A program made the position numbers and the translations under genes. From IMG/VR virus record IMGVR_UViG_3300037483_000307, positions 1 to 32,804 of that record: DNA of 32,804 bases. One strand, given 5' to 3'. This DNA comes from a virus (taxonomy: Duplodnaviria > Caudoviricetes). Positions 1-9,428 of the stretch are shown piece after piece (the stretch's first letter is position 1; each line of letters begins with the position of its first letter). Under the pieces are notes generated by a model, which saw only the letters and a program-made list of their open reading frames with translations, made no database searches and was not told the origin of the DNA.

Positions 1-122
1 TGTTCAAAATGTTCTGAATTGACCAGTAGGTTAATAGATTTCTCATTACACCTGTCGAATGTCAACCAGATAATAGCCAAAAAGCAAACGACTATGATTG
101 TTGGATTTATTAGATTTTTCAT
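1..122 (-). CDS. 5' part of putative spanin (Rz-like/u-spanin-like); continues across the window junction into 32804..32417 (169 aa total)
   Basis: ATG at 122 overlaps the TGA of the upstream endolysin (ATGA). Encodes MKNLINPTIIVVCFLAIIWLTFDRCNEK... with an N-terminal hydrophobic segment, is open to position 1, and is in frame with the ORF at the other end. Confidence 0.75.
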   Translation of the reverse strand, partial: MKNLINPTIIVVCFLAIIWLTFDRCNEKSINLLVNSEHFE

Positions 123-556
123 CGTAATTTTTTATTTATTTTATCATAGCTTAAAAAAACATCTTTAATCGTAATCTTTCCTTTACCTCCTCCATCAATT
201 GCTAATTTGGTGATGTGCTTTTCGGCTGTTTGCCAAATTTTCTTGTAGTCTGTATGAAACCCCACCAAAGGGCAACCGAGGGTGTCTTTGGATGTGTTTC
301 CTCCGTGTATTCTTATCCCCCGAAACCCAAGGACATCTTTGATCAAAATCATTTTTCGTTTAAACTTTGGAGAAAATGTAACCTCATAATTATACGTACC
401 AGGAGGTATGCACGTTTCGCCATAAATTTTCACTCCATCAGCTTTTTTTTCATCTTCTAATGTAAAACATTCAAACCCATTTTCTGAATGAAAATCACCG
501 ATAACATTTCTATCACCTACTTGGTTGTACGTATGCCTGTAAATTGTGAAATTCAT
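119..556 (-). CDS. DUF5675-family protein, putative endolysin
   Basis: Motifs CFTLED, TCIPPGTY, SPKF and GIRIHGGNT..DTLGCPLVG are typical of DUF5675. Sits between holin-like genes and the spanin-like gene. Confidence 0.8.
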   Translation of the reverse strand: MNFTIYRHTYNQVGDRNVIGDFHSENGFECFTLEDEKKADGVKIYGETCIPPGTYNYEVTFSPKFKRKMILIKDVLGFRGIRIHGGNTSKDTLGCPLVGFHTDYKKIWQTAEKHITKLAIDGGGKGKITIKDVFLSYDKINKKLR

Positions 557-732
557 TTACTACTTCGTTTATAACTTTCACCCCCTATGTACATGGTCGT
601 AATTGTCAATAGCCCTGCAATAGCAGTCGTTGCTACCGTTTCTAAACTTTGATAAATTGAATAAATAGTTATTATTCCTAAAAAAAAATTAATAATCATC
701 ATTGCTTTTAATCTCGTTCTAGTAAATTTCAT
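553..732 (-). CDS. putative holin (59 aa, two TM segments); not in the ORF track
   Basis: Hand translation: MKFTRTRLKAMMIINFFLGIITIYSIYQSLETVATTAIAGLLTITTMYIGGESYKRSSK. ATGA overlaps with both neighbours. Confidence 0.7.
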   Translation of the reverse strand: MKFTRTRLKAMMIINFFLGIITIYSIYQSLETVATTAIAGLLTITTMYIGGESYKRSSK

Positions 733-920
733 TTTTTTAATTTCTTTAATAAATAATTCACAAAAAATTTCCCTAAAATAGCCGCGCCCCCGCCAACAAA
801 GCCTGTCATTGTTGCTAATAACATCGGCAAAATAACATGGTCAAGCAGCGTATAAGCAACAGCGGTTGATGGAATTGCCCCAACAATAAACACCAATAAA
901 TCTTCCACATTTTTACTCAT
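729..920 (-). CDS. small two-TM membrane protein (holin/antiholin-like)
   Basis: Two hydrophobic segments, basic C-terminus (KKLKK), first gene of the lysis cassette. Confidence 0.6.
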   Translation of the reverse strand: MSKNVEDLLVFIVGAIPSTAVAYTLLDHVILPMLLATMTGFVGGGAAILGKFFVNYLLKKLKK

Positions 921-971
921 TCTATGACGCCTGGTTTAAAGAGTTATATTTTAGATAGTAGCTATTCATAA

Positions 972-1979
972 TTACGGAGTTATTCCTAAAGAAAATCTAT
1001 TGTTAAAATAATTTCTTAATTCAAACTCTTCGGGGGCAGATAAAATTTCATTTGTCATTACTACCGCATACAATTTACCATCATAATAAGAAGACCCTAA
1101 TCCAGCAAATCCAAAACTAGAATCATTACCACAATTATTAAACATTCCACCAACCGCGGTTAGAGTAGTTTCAGTCGCAGCATCATTTATTATTTGCCTA
1201 AATTGTCCGTTCACGGTGTCTATGGTCATTCGATTTAATTGGAGTAATGCTGCATCGCTTTGCCAAACACCAGTAAAAAATGAACCGTCAGCATTTTTTA
1301 TTCTTAACCTATACCTTGAAACAGTGTCCATATAACATCTTCCTCCATTCGTATCACCAAAATGAAACATATCTGTTGCATTTCCCGGATTTGTGTGGAT
1401 AAAATAAACAACTGTTTGGTCACGGGTATCGAAATTAGGTTGATGATTAAGGCGGTCATCAATGCCATCAAAAATAACGTGTATTCCATTTGCATCTGAA
1501 TCTTGCAAAGGTTGTTGAATTGCTGATGCATTATTAAAAAAATAGCCAGTCCCTGCCAGATCATCAAACTCACTAACGAAATCTGAGGCATCTTTAGTTA
1601 CAAATTCAGCATCATTCCACAACAACAATTTAGACCCTAACGCGAGGGGGGTCCAAACAATCGCAACAGTATCACTATCTACACTTGAATTTCCTACCGC
1701 ATTAGTTCCGGTTACAACACATTTTAAAGTTGTTCCAACATCAGCTAATACAATAGTGTGTGAACTAGCTGTATCACCTCCTATTGGTGCTGCATCTCTA
1801 TACCATTGATAGGTATAGGTTATTGGTGTAGTTCCAGTCCAAGTGCCGTCATCACAAGTTACAACATCGTTTATATCTAACGTGGTATAGCTTAATGCAG
1901 GTGCTACGGTGTTAACTGGAGCAACTCCGCTACTTCCGACAACTGTAAGCGGTGATATTTTAATTGGACTTAAAAGCAT
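972..1979 (-). CDS. virion accessory/receptor-binding protein: Ig-like domain + LamG/concanavalin-A-like domain
   Basis: PVNTVAPAL..GTWTG..TYTYQWYR..LKCVVTGTN is an Ig-like pattern. WTP..LLLWNDA..FDGIDDRL..YDGKLYAVV..LS is a LamG-like pattern. Start moved to ATG 1979, which overlaps the upstream stop region. Confidence 0.7.
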   Translation of the reverse strand: MLLSPIKISPLTVVGSSGVAPVNTVAPALSYTTLDINDVVTCDDGTWTGTTPITYTYQWYRDAAPIGGDTASSHTIVLADVGTTLKCVVTGTNAVGNSSVDSDTVAIVWTPLALGSKLLLWNDAEFVTKDASDFVSEFDDLAGTGYFFNNASAIQQPLQDSDANGIHVIFDGIDDRLNHQPNFDTRDQTVVYFIHTNPGNATDMFHFGDTNGGRCYMDTVSRYRLRIKNADGSFFTGVWQSDAALLQLNRMTIDTVNGQFRQIINDAATETTLTAVGGMFNNCGNDSSFGFAGLGSSYYDGKLYAVVMTNEILSAPEEFELRNYFNNRFSLGITP

Positions 1980-2242
1980 TGTATCGAACCGCTTGTTAAT
2001 GTTATTTCTGTTATTACCCAATCTCTGGGCACGATTAGAAAATCGGTGTTTTGCAATGTGCCGTCCCAATTTTGAGTTGTTAATAAATTAACGACATCAC
2101 CACTCGCATTTACGCCGGTTAATGCCGATATTACCGTATCCTCTCTAGGTATAAGATAAGAGTAATTTAATCCCGAATGAGCGTTGGTATCATCTATAAT
2201 TATCATTCCACCTGCTCCTGAAATTGCATCTAATTTTGTCAT
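1970..2242 (-). CDS. small beta-rich putative virion protein
   Basis: ORF in the structural operon; C-terminal ITEITLTSGSI pattern. Confidence 0.55.
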   Translation of the reverse strand: MTKLDAISGAGGMIIIDDTNAHSGLNYSYLIPREDTVISALTGVNASGDVVNLLTTQNWDGTLQNTDFLIVPRDWVITEITLTSGSIQCF

Positions 2243-2252
2243 AATATTTTTT

Positions 2253-2693
2253 TTATGTTTGTGGTATATCTGTTAATCCATTTACTTTCATAAGACGGAG
2301 TTGAATAGTCGCAACCCAGCCACTTACAACATCTAATTCCTTTTCAACGACACGAACGGCCCTTGGGCGACCTACTAAACCACAATACCTCCAAGTATTG
2401 TCTGTTTCAATTACATTGATAATATCCCCTAAAATCAACAAAGTTTCACTTTCAACATCTAATTTATTTTTTGAGCCCTTCAAAATCTTGTCAACAATTG
2501 CTAAAGTCATTGTAACAGTTATATCTGTTGTGTTTGGAACTGCGGAAACTACATCTAAAATAACCGCCGTATGCTCGATTGTATTTGCTTTATAAACTTC
2601 TCCAATTTGACCATATAGAAAGTTCGCAATTTGGAAGTGACCATTACAAATGTCTTCAATTTTACCTACTACTTCTTTTAACGAAACTGTCAT
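2253..2693 (-). CDS. putative tail terminator/tail completion protein
   Basis: 146 aa, downstream of the adaptor; ends E..D.VSGW..T.L, as in tail-terminator-like proteins. Confidence 0.55.
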   Translation of the reverse strand: MTVSLKEVVGKIEDICNGHFQIANFLYGQIGEVYKANTIEHTAVILDVVSAVPNTTDITVTMTLAIVDKILKGSKNKLDVESETLLILGDIINVIETDNTWRYCGLVGRPRAVRVVEKELDVVSGWVATIQLRLMKVNGLTDIPQT

Positions 2694-3250
2694 TATCTAC
2701 CACAATTAGGGTCATCATAATTTCTTCTTCTTCTATTTCTCCCTCCCAAACTTACTCCAAAAATTCGGGAATAAGAGTTTTGATTTTCTTCTTTATCTAC
2801 TCCGTAAGTATCGTAAACATCGTACAATGGATAGGTCAACCGATTTTCGTCTAAATAATCTTTCAATCTTTTTTTGTAAAATGTCAAATCTTTGTAACTC
2901 ATATCTTTTCCTCGTTCAATTCCATTTGCATCTTGTACTTGCAAATCTCCCGAAGTTGAGGTTGCATAACCTACGTTTCTAACTTGTCGCGAAAGTGTAT
3001 CCATGACCTTAATTTCAACTGAAATTGCCAACACTTTGGAAATATAATCTTCAATTAAAGTAAGTTCTGATACCGACAAATCATTGTCTGCAACGCCTGT
3101 TAATAGTCGGTTGTATAGGCTGCTACCTAGTACAGGCTGCACATACATATCTTGACATCGTTCCAAAGCAACGCGCAACCCAGAATTTTCCACGTTATCG
3201 TGCACTAGGCTGATATTTTTGAGAGTATCTAAATCTATTAATAGTTCCAT
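2693..3250 (-). CDS. putative head-tail adaptor protein
   Basis: Immediately downstream of portal; QDMYVQPVLGSSLYNRL...LIEDYI...YPLY pattern of Bacteroidota phage neck proteins. Confidence 0.55.
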   Translation of the reverse strand: MELLIDLDTLKNISLVHDNVENSGLRVALERCQDMYVQPVLGSSLYNRLLTGVADNDLSVSELTLIEDYISKVLAISVEIKVMDTLSRQVRNVGYATSTSGDLQVQDANGIERGKDMSYKDLTFYKKRLKDYLDENRLTYPLYDVYDTYGVDKEENQNSYSRIFGVSLGGRNRRRRNYDDPNCGR

Positions 3251-3252
3251 GT

Positions 3253-5118
3253 TTATTCAATTATAGCCGATTGTTGCCAAAAATGACGGCAACTTGTTGT
3301 TGTTACTTTTGTTTTGGGGTTGGAATAATATCCCCCTTTGTATAACCAAACATTTCTATCTACTACTTGGCTAATTTGGTCAATTTCAGCTTTTGTAAAA
3401 TATTTTTTTACCCTTAACATTTCCCGACAAAATTCTCTCGTGTGCGGGATAATTTCCGCCCCTAATCCATCTTTAACCTCGTAAGAGTAAACAACACTTA
3501 CAACTGCTTTACCACCATCTACCAACGCCTTACCGCCTTTAGCCGTTACATTACCATCTTTAAGCAACCCATCTTTTTCAAGTTCATTAATTATTTTAAT
3601 AAGTTTTTGATTTCCAATACCTAATTCTTTGCTTATCAAATCGTTATCCATGCCTTTATTTAAAAGGTTTAGAACATCTTGTTGTTGGTTTGAAATTGCA
3701 AATTTCTCATAACTCATTTTGAAATTTTCTTCATCAAAATTTTCATGGTTCAAAGGACGCGAAAATAACACCTTACATTTATCTTTGGGTCTTCCAACGC
3801 TTGAAAGAGCAATTATAACAGGGTCAACTTCTTTATTAAAAGCAGATGGTGTCGAAATTGGAATTTCGTCGCCTCCAATTACCGGAGTTAAGTTGGCTAA
3901 TTTTCTAATTTCGTTAGTGGTCAAAGAGCCTAACACTTTGTTAGCTAATAAAGGCGACATGTCGTTCAATGTTTTTAAGGTAGATGAACTACCTTCTTTT
4001 TCTACCAACGAAATTGAAACATCGTTAAATGAAATATTTCCAACAATACCACACATTTCAGCCACATAACTAATCGTTGCTAAGATAGCACGTTGGCGAT
4101 ACTTGAAATAACCATTTTTCATTAAGTTATAAAGCATTTCGATTTCGGTCAACCCTCCTAATTGCCCTTCGGTTTTAACTCCAAACAACAATCCCGAAGT
4201 GACACTATGCGATAGCAAAATATTTTCTTTATTGTCTTTGGAAAGCACCAAATAACGGCTATCTAAATTATTTCCCGCGAGGCTTGCAACTGTAACTTCT
4301 CTGTCTTTTCCGTTGTTGAACGCTGCAAAAGACCCCCCTGCATTAGAAGTGCCTTGTGTTGTCGCTGATAGCTCATCTAATATTCTATCCTCATCCTCCT
4401 GCAACTGAGGTTTTCCATTATTGAAGTTAATAATCGTACCTAAACTAAAATTATTTGCAATTTCATTTCTTCGGTAGTTATTGATTTCTATATCGGTTTC
4501 GATTGCCAAAACACCACCGCTGTAAGTTGGCACAGGATAAATGCCTTTTGTTAATTTGCCTTTGATTTTAATTTGATTCGGCTTTTCCATGTAAACAACT
4601 AATTGTTTCCCAACCAGATTGTTTGAGTTAAATTTTTCAAATGTTTGAATCGGCTCTTTTCTGTCGCTCCAATCATTTGAGCCTCTCCAGGTGCCGTCTA
4701 ATCCTTTTCGTAACTTTTCAAAAGGATAGTGCTCCAATTGGTAGGGCTTCCCTGCCACGTAAGAGATGGTAAAGGCGTAAGCGTTAAACAATTCCAAGTC
4801 TTTACTGAAATTTTCTGTTATTTCTTCGATTGTGAAATCGGAATTACCATTAGATAAAAATTTTTCCCATTCAATCGTTTGAGTACCTTCGTAAGCTAGT
4901 CCACCACTTACTGTATAATGAGTTTTTGAGGTTAAAATGCCGCCATGCAACGCACAAGCATATTTTAAGTATGCCAAATAATTAGGATAATAATTATCAT
5001 CACCCCATTTAAAAATCTTCTTGCTAGTGTCCTTAATTTCATTCGCATTAACTTCAGGCATTTGCTTTGAAACATCGTAGAAATTTTGTTCGTATATTTT
5101 AGCTGTTGTACCTTTCAT
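3253..5118 (-). CDS. portal protein with C-terminal HTH-like and Cys/His (MuF-like) extension
   Basis: WGDDNYYP..L, YPVPTY, GTSNAG, ILLSHSVTSGLLFGVK..GQLG motifs of Bacteroidota phage portals; C-terminal TREFC...KGG...CRHFW. Confidence 0.8.
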   Translation of the reverse strand: MKGTTAKIYEQNFYDVSKQMPEVNANEIKDTSKKIFKWGDDNYYPNYLAYLKYACALHGGILTSKTHYTVSGGLAYEGTQTIEWEKFLSNGNSDFTIEEITENFSKDLELFNAYAFTISYVAGKPYQLEHYPFEKLRKGLDGTWRGSNDWSDRKEPIQTFEKFNSNNLVGKQLVVYMEKPNQIKIKGKLTKGIYPVPTYSGGVLAIETDIEINNYRRNEIANNFSLGTIINFNNGKPQLQEDEDRILDELSATTQGTSNAGGSFAAFNNGKDREVTVASLAGNNLDSRYLVLSKDNKENILLSHSVTSGLLFGVKTEGQLGGLTEIEMLYNLMKNGYFKYRQRAILATISYVAEMCGIVGNISFNDVSISLVEKEGSSSTLKTLNDMSPLLANKVLGSLTTNEIRKLANLTPVIGGDEIPISTPSAFNKEVDPVIIALSSVGRPKDKCKVLFSRPLNHENFDEENFKMSYEKFAISNQQQDVLNLLNKGMDNDLISKELGIGNQKLIKIINELEKDGLLKDGNVTAKGGKALVDGGKAVVSVVYSYEVKDGLGAEIIPHTREFCREMLRVKKYFTKAEIDQISQVVDRNVWLYKGGYYSNPKTKVTTTSCRHFWQQSAIIE

Positions 5119-5503
5119 CTATAAATTCAATTGTGTTTGTTGGATTTGCAGCAAACGATTTGTAAATTCTAACTTTTGCACAATATTGAGCCGTTAACCC
5201 AGTTACATCTTGCGAACTTTCGTCTGCCATTTCATAAATAGACAACACCCAGTCGCCTGTACGTAAAATGATGTCATTTGTGTCCACCACAAATGAATAA
5301 TATCTGTTTAAAGACAATCCCGGTACTACATCATCTGTAAAAGCATCTTTCCAATTAGGAGCATTTGATGGCGTTAAAAATGATTTGACAGTATGACCTT
5401 TTAAGTCATCGAATTTAAACACAAATAGCCAACTAGGACTTGCGATTGTTGGTTTTAATTCTACGTAAATGTTTTGGCTTGTCAGCAAATTTAACTTTAT
5501 CAT
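5099..5503 (-). CDS. hypothetical structural (neck/head-closure-like) protein
   Basis: ORF between tail tube and portal; start MIKLNLL chosen. Confidence 0.5.
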   Translation of the reverse strand: MIKLNLLTSQNIYVELKPTIASPSWLFVFKFDDLKGHTVKSFLTPSNAPNWKDAFTDDVVPGLSLNRYYSFVVDTNDIILRTGDWVLSIYEMADESSQDVTGLTAQYCAKVRIYKSFAANPTNTIEFIDERYNS

Positions 5504-5639
5504 TTTCCTTTTTTGTTTCAAATAAATGCATCAATCCGTGAGCCATAAGAGTTCCTTTATTTTCATCACAAACTAAAACTTCACGCCCTAATTTCTTTAC
5601 AAATATTCGTGACCCTAAAAATTCTTTTTTCAGTTCCAT
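5433..5639 (-). CDS. hypothetical protein
   Basis: ATG at 5639 (MELKKEFLGS...) downstream of the terminator hairpin; the longer track ORF overlaps the hairpin. Confidence 0.5.
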   Translation of the reverse strand: MELKKEFLGSRIFVKKLGREVLVCDENKGTLMAHGLMHLFETKKENDKVKFADKPKHLRRIKTNNRKS

Positions 5640-5651
5640 TTTTTCGGTTTT

Positions 5652-5681
5652 AAAAAAAAGGGAGTTGTTACGCTCCCTTTT
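5652..5681 (-). terminator. intrinsic terminator after the capsid/tail-tube genes
   Basis: Minus strand AAAAGGGAG-CGTAACAA-CTCCC-TTTTTTTT immediately after the stop at 5686. Confidence 0.8.
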
Positions 5682-5685
5682 ATTA

Positions 5686-6204
5686 TTAAGATGCAGCCAC
5701 AAGTAACGCTTCGGCTAAATTGAGTGCCATTGTCGGTGCTTTATTCACCTCTTTACCACTCATTGAAATTTCATCACCGTTACGATTAGCGTATTCAGTA
5801 CCTGAATCGTCCGTAGAAGTATCCGTCATTAACCCATTTATCAAACCAAAATGTCTAACTAATCCACTTTCATAAACGACAATTACGCCAACTCTACCGC
5901 TGTTCAACTTTTCAACCAACACTATATTATCATTTGTTTTATCGGTTAAAATAGCCGTAATGGCTTGGGCATAAAATACCGTAAAGTCAGGACGTGAACC
6001 AGTACCCACTTCGTTCGCATTCGCCGTGTTCATTTCCACATCGAAAGCAAAAGCAGCCTTACCGCTTTCCATTTCAATAGCAGTTATAATGCTGTCAGCA
6101 ACAGTATAAGATGATCGGTTTTCAATGTTATACATAATAAATTTCAATATCCCGCCAACACTTCTGTAATTAGGTTTGGTGTATCCTGCTGTTATTTCAC
6201 TCAT
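5686..6204 (-). CDS. putative major tail (tube) protein
   Basis: 172 aa directly after the capsid; ITAG...SVGGI...FY.Q...G..NG...SG...NG...SG.E pattern; followed by a terminator, consistent with high expression. Confidence 0.6.
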   Translation of the reverse strand: MSEITAGYTKPNYRSVGGILKFIMYNIENRSSYTVADSIITAIEMESGKAAFAFDVEMNTANANEVGTGSRPDFTVFYAQAITAILTDKTNDNIVLVEKLNSGRVGVIVVYESGLVRHFGLINGLMTDTSTDDSGTEYANRNGDEISMSGKEVNKAPTMALNLAEALLVAAS

Positions 6205-6233
6205 TATTTTAAGTTTTAAAAGTTAATAATTGG

Positions 6234-7202
6234 TTAGGATGCCGCTAATGTGTATTTCTTGAATTGGTCAGGATAAACATATTGTACGCCCAAACGATAT
6301 TTCACATCCAAATAAATTTGGTCGGTTTCGTCTGAATACTTTACGCTAAAATCTTCCCAATCATGCTCCATATCTGTTCCAATGAACATCAAGTCAGTAT
6401 TACCTGCATAAATTGAGCTAGTCCCATTCAATCCGTAAACACATTCAATAATTGTGTTGTAACCATACAATTGAGCTGATAACCCATCATTTTCTAATTT
6501 ATAGTGAAATAAATTTCCGTTAATAACAGCCGCACAATACATATCGAAAACTTCTTTCCCGACAAAAATCTTATGATTTCCTTGCAAAACTTTTAATGGT
6601 AAAGCATTTCGAACAGCCACTAAAATGCCAACAATATTAGCACTTGTGAAAGCAGTTACGCCAGTTGTGTTGATATTTGCAACAGAACCATCTGCATCGA
6701 ATTTTTTCTTAAAGCCATCGTAGTTCAACAGATTTGCAGAAATAGAATCGGTATCGCCTTGCCAAATCCCAACCTCATTGAGTTCTCTGATTTTATCCGA
6801 TTTAAAAGCAATAAGCAAATCTTCATACGCCAAATCTTCACGTTGATTTCTAACACCATTAGGTAAGCCTAATTGTGTCCATTTTCCAATTAAATCTTCT
6901 GAACAATAATTTTCATTTATCATTATTGGAGCGACAACCATGTCAACATCTGTAAACGTGCCACCACCAAGTGCATTTCTGCCGCAAGAAGTCGCTGGTT
7001 GCAACGTGGTTGTCCCGTCAAACAATTTAATTTTTTGCGTTTCTTTAACGCCTTCCATTACTTGAATTAGTTGAGCCGTACGCCCATCATAAATCAAAGC
7101 AGGAATTATCTCGGTCGATTGTTCATCGACATAATCAGTTAAAGAAGACACGGTTATGCCGAACTTTGCTTCAACTAATTTTTTTGTTTTATTTTTTCTC
7201 AT
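6234..7202 (-). CDS. major capsid protein (HK97-like)
   Basis: 322 aa downstream of the protease; E..IWQGD...YDGF.K and FIGTD..D motifs typical of Bacteroidota phage MCPs. Confidence 0.85.
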   Translation of the reverse strand: MRKNKTKKLVEAKFGITVSSLTDYVDEQSTEIIPALIYDGRTAQLIQVMEGVKETQKIKLFDGTTTLQPATSCGRNALGGGTFTDVDMVVAPIMINENYCSEDLIGKWTQLGLPNGVRNQREDLAYEDLLIAFKSDKIRELNEVGIWQGDTDSISANLLNYDGFKKKFDADGSVANINTTGVTAFTSANIVGILVAVRNALPLKVLQGNHKIFVGKEVFDMYCAAVINGNLFHYKLENDGLSAQLYGYNTIIECVYGLNGTSSIYAGNTDLMFIGTDMEHDWEDFSVKYSDETDQIYLDVKYRLGVQYVYPDQFKKYTLAAS

Positions 7203-7204
7203 GA

Positions 7205-8176
7205 TTATTTAGTTTTTTTGGTGAATTTCTTCCAAGTTATGCCACCTTCGGCAATGTTTTGAAATTTTTGTTCCCCTTTTATTTGAGACTTTTCAAAAAC
7301 GGTAAACCTTTCGCTTAAAGCGACAACGCTTTTATTTATTTTTGCCATCGCTTCGATGACTTCTTCAACGGTAATTTCTTCGTCCTTTTCTTCCGCTGGT
7401 AAAATTTCCGTAACCAATCCATCACCGTCAATAGTGATTATCATACCATCTTTACATTCGATTTTACCTGCTGGAGCAGCTACTTTAGTGCCGTCAACAT
7501 CTACAAACATTGCCGTGCCAACAGCTAACTCGCCATCATACATTAAGATAGTGCCGTCTTTACATTCCATTTCAGCAAACTTTTCTTCGCCGAAAATCAT
7601 TTGAAATAGTGATTTTTTCTTATTCATTTTTTTATTTTTTTGATTAGTATTAAATTTTATTGGGATTTGCTCAAATAGACCTTCAATCGAGTAAGCAAGT
7701 CTTCCCTTTTTGATTGTGTTGTAAAGATTTTTATCCTCAACAAAATATGTCATAACATAACTTCCTAATTGTATATTTTGATTGTCTAATGATTTTGGCG
7801 GTCTTGTTGTTTCTGAAACAAAATAACCTTCCATAAACACAACACCGTTGGCAACTTGATTGCTATCGTGCTGTAAATTAACGCTCGATAATAATTGTTG
7901 CTTCGACATTTTTAAAATCATCTTTTCGATTTGTTCTGGATCGAAATAAACATAGAACTGTCCTAGTTCTTGGGTTTTTCGTTCGATTAACTGATTAGCT
8001 GAAATTGCTACACCAGTAATCATCTGCTTATTGTCATCAAAAGAAAAGTAAGTTTGTTTTTTAGACTTATCAAAAGTCATCAAAGCTTTGTTGTGAGCAG
8101 GACTTTCAACTAAGGAGTTGAAAGTTAATCCTGTGCCATCATCCTCTAAATTTACAATTAGCTTAAAAATCTTCAT
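7205..8176 (-). CDS. prohead maturation serine protease (XkdF/S78-like) fused to a scaffold region
   Basis: SLVESPA, FYVYF, NLQH, GSYVM, YSIEGLF protease motifs; acidic C-terminal DGT..APAG..DG scaffold-like part. Confidence 0.8.
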   Translation of the reverse strand: MKIFKLIVNLEDDGTGLTFNSLVESPAHNKALMTFDKSKKQTYFSFDDNKQMITGVAISANQLIERKTQELGQFYVYFDPEQIEKMILKMSKQQLLSSVNLQHDSNQVANGVVFMEGYFVSETTRPPKSLDNQNIQLGSYVMTYFVEDKNLYNTIKKGRLAYSIEGLFEQIPIKFNTNQKNKKMNKKKSLFQMIFGEEKFAEMECKDGTILMYDGELAVGTAMFVDVDGTKVAAPAGKIECKDGMIITIDGDGLVTEILPAEEKDEEITVEEVIEAMAKINKSVVALSERFTVFEKSQIKGEQKFQNIAEGGITWKKFTKKTK

Positions 8177-8180
8177 TTAA

Positions 8181-8188
8181 CAAAACTA
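8181..8188 (-). promoter_or_regulatory. Bacteroidota-type -7 promoter box (TAGTTTTG) for the head genes
   Basis: Matches TAnnTTTG; ATG follows after a 4-nt spacer. Confidence 0.55.
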
Positions 8189-8881
8189 TAAACATAATTT
8201 TGTTATGTTGTTGTTTTTTTTTGAGAAAATTTCATTTGATAGTTCAATTTGTCGGCTTTCGCAATATCTATGCGACTTGTATATGGAAGTATCAACTTCC
8301 ATAACTTTAAAATAACCCACATCGTGAGGTAAGACCGTTATCTTTTTGTTTTGATTTATTGCTTCTAAACCAAAAAGTACATCACTCATACATTTGTCGT
8401 TCGACTTCCAAATTTTTTTAGGATTAAAATATTCAGTTGAAAAAGCAGTTACGCCAGTTCCAGCAACATCAATTAATCTTTCTTCCGTTTGGTTGTTGGC
8501 ACAATGGAAAAATTTATGACCTCCATAGTAGCTGACATCTTTAGCCATGATAATTCTACCATGATGGGAAACTATTGTACTGTGTTCTTTTATTTTTGCC
8601 ACCATATCATTTGCATAATTTGGTGGATAAATAATATCATCATCTAACGTGAAATAATATTCAGGCTCTTTTATTTTTGAAAGGAAATAAAATTTGCCAT
8701 TATCGGTTAAATCAACACCATAAGCAATATGATATTTATCCATCCATCTAGGTATAGTTTCATAGCTATTAGCAAATATTCTTATTTCATCAAACTGATT
8801 TTTAATACTTGCCAACATTTTTTTTAAATGATTAATTCGGCAAGGCATAGTAGCAATGTTAGCTGTTCTTTTCATACACAT
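8186..8881 (-). CDS. glycosyltransferase (GT-A fold)
   Basis: ATMP.R..L..ML.SI..QFD N-terminus, DLTDNGKF, YYFTLDDDIIYPPNY (DxD), GTGV, MSD. Confidence 0.8.
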   Translation of the reverse strand: MCMKRTANIATMPCRINHLKKMLASIKNQFDEIRIFANSYETIPRWMDKYHIAYGVDLTDNGKFYFLSKIKEPEYYFTLDDDIIYPPNYANDMVAKIKEHSTIVSHHGRIIMAKDVSYYGGHKFFHCANNQTEERLIDVAGTGVTAFSTEYFNPKKIWKSNDKCMSDVLFGLEAINQNKKITVLPHDVGYFKVMEVDTSIYKSHRYCESRQIELSNEIFSKKNNNITKLCL

Positions 8882-9428
8882 AAAAATCTGAAAATGAACC
8901 TTGTTTATGGTTTAAACTTTTAAAAGGATTGATTTCTCGTTCGATTAACTTATAACCCACGATGTCCTTTGTGAAGTTGCGAGGGCGTACATGAGCTGCC
9001 ATGCCTTCCATTTCTTCGTTTGGTGAATAAACGATTAAATATTTCGCACCCAATCCAACCAAGTTAGCCATATAATCGTAGTAATCTATATCATTGACTA
9101 AATGGTAAATTACATCTAAACTTAAAATCAATTCAGGAGTTTCTTTTATATCTTTGAACTTGCTGAAAATTTCGCAGTTAACCTTTTGTTTGCATAGGCT
9201 TAAAGCCTTTTCAGATACATCGAACGCAAATATTTTTTCACACTCAATCATGGCTAATTGATTGCCATCGCCACAACCATATTCTAATAAAGAAGTGATG
9301 CCGTTGGTGTCAATAAAATTGTTAATAAACTCCGCCTTATAAGCAGCCAAAAACCCATAGCTACCGTTACCACTATTGCCACCGTTCATGTAACGGTCAT
9401 TCCAATATTTATTAGTGTCTAATTTCAT
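8859..9428 (-). CDS. class I SAM-dependent methyltransferase
   Basis: YW..RY..GGNSG.GS.G, LLEYGCGDGNQL (motif I), DVS, LSLDVIYHLV. Confidence 0.85.
   Translation of the reverse strand: MKLDTNKYWNDRYMNGGNSGNGSYGFLAAYKAEFINNFIDTNGITSLLEYGCGDGNQLAMIECEKIFAFDVSEKALSLCKQKVNCEIFSKFKDIKETPELILSLDVIYHLVNDIDYYDYMANLVGLGAKYLIVYSPNEEMEGMAAHVRPRNFTKDIVGYKLIEREINPFKSLNHKQGSFSDFYVYEKNS

Noticed and set aside
1980-2069. 30-aa N-terminal extension of the Ig/LamG protein
   Set aside because: It overlaps the upstream gene by about 100 bp from a TTG start; ATG 1979 fits the operon packing better.
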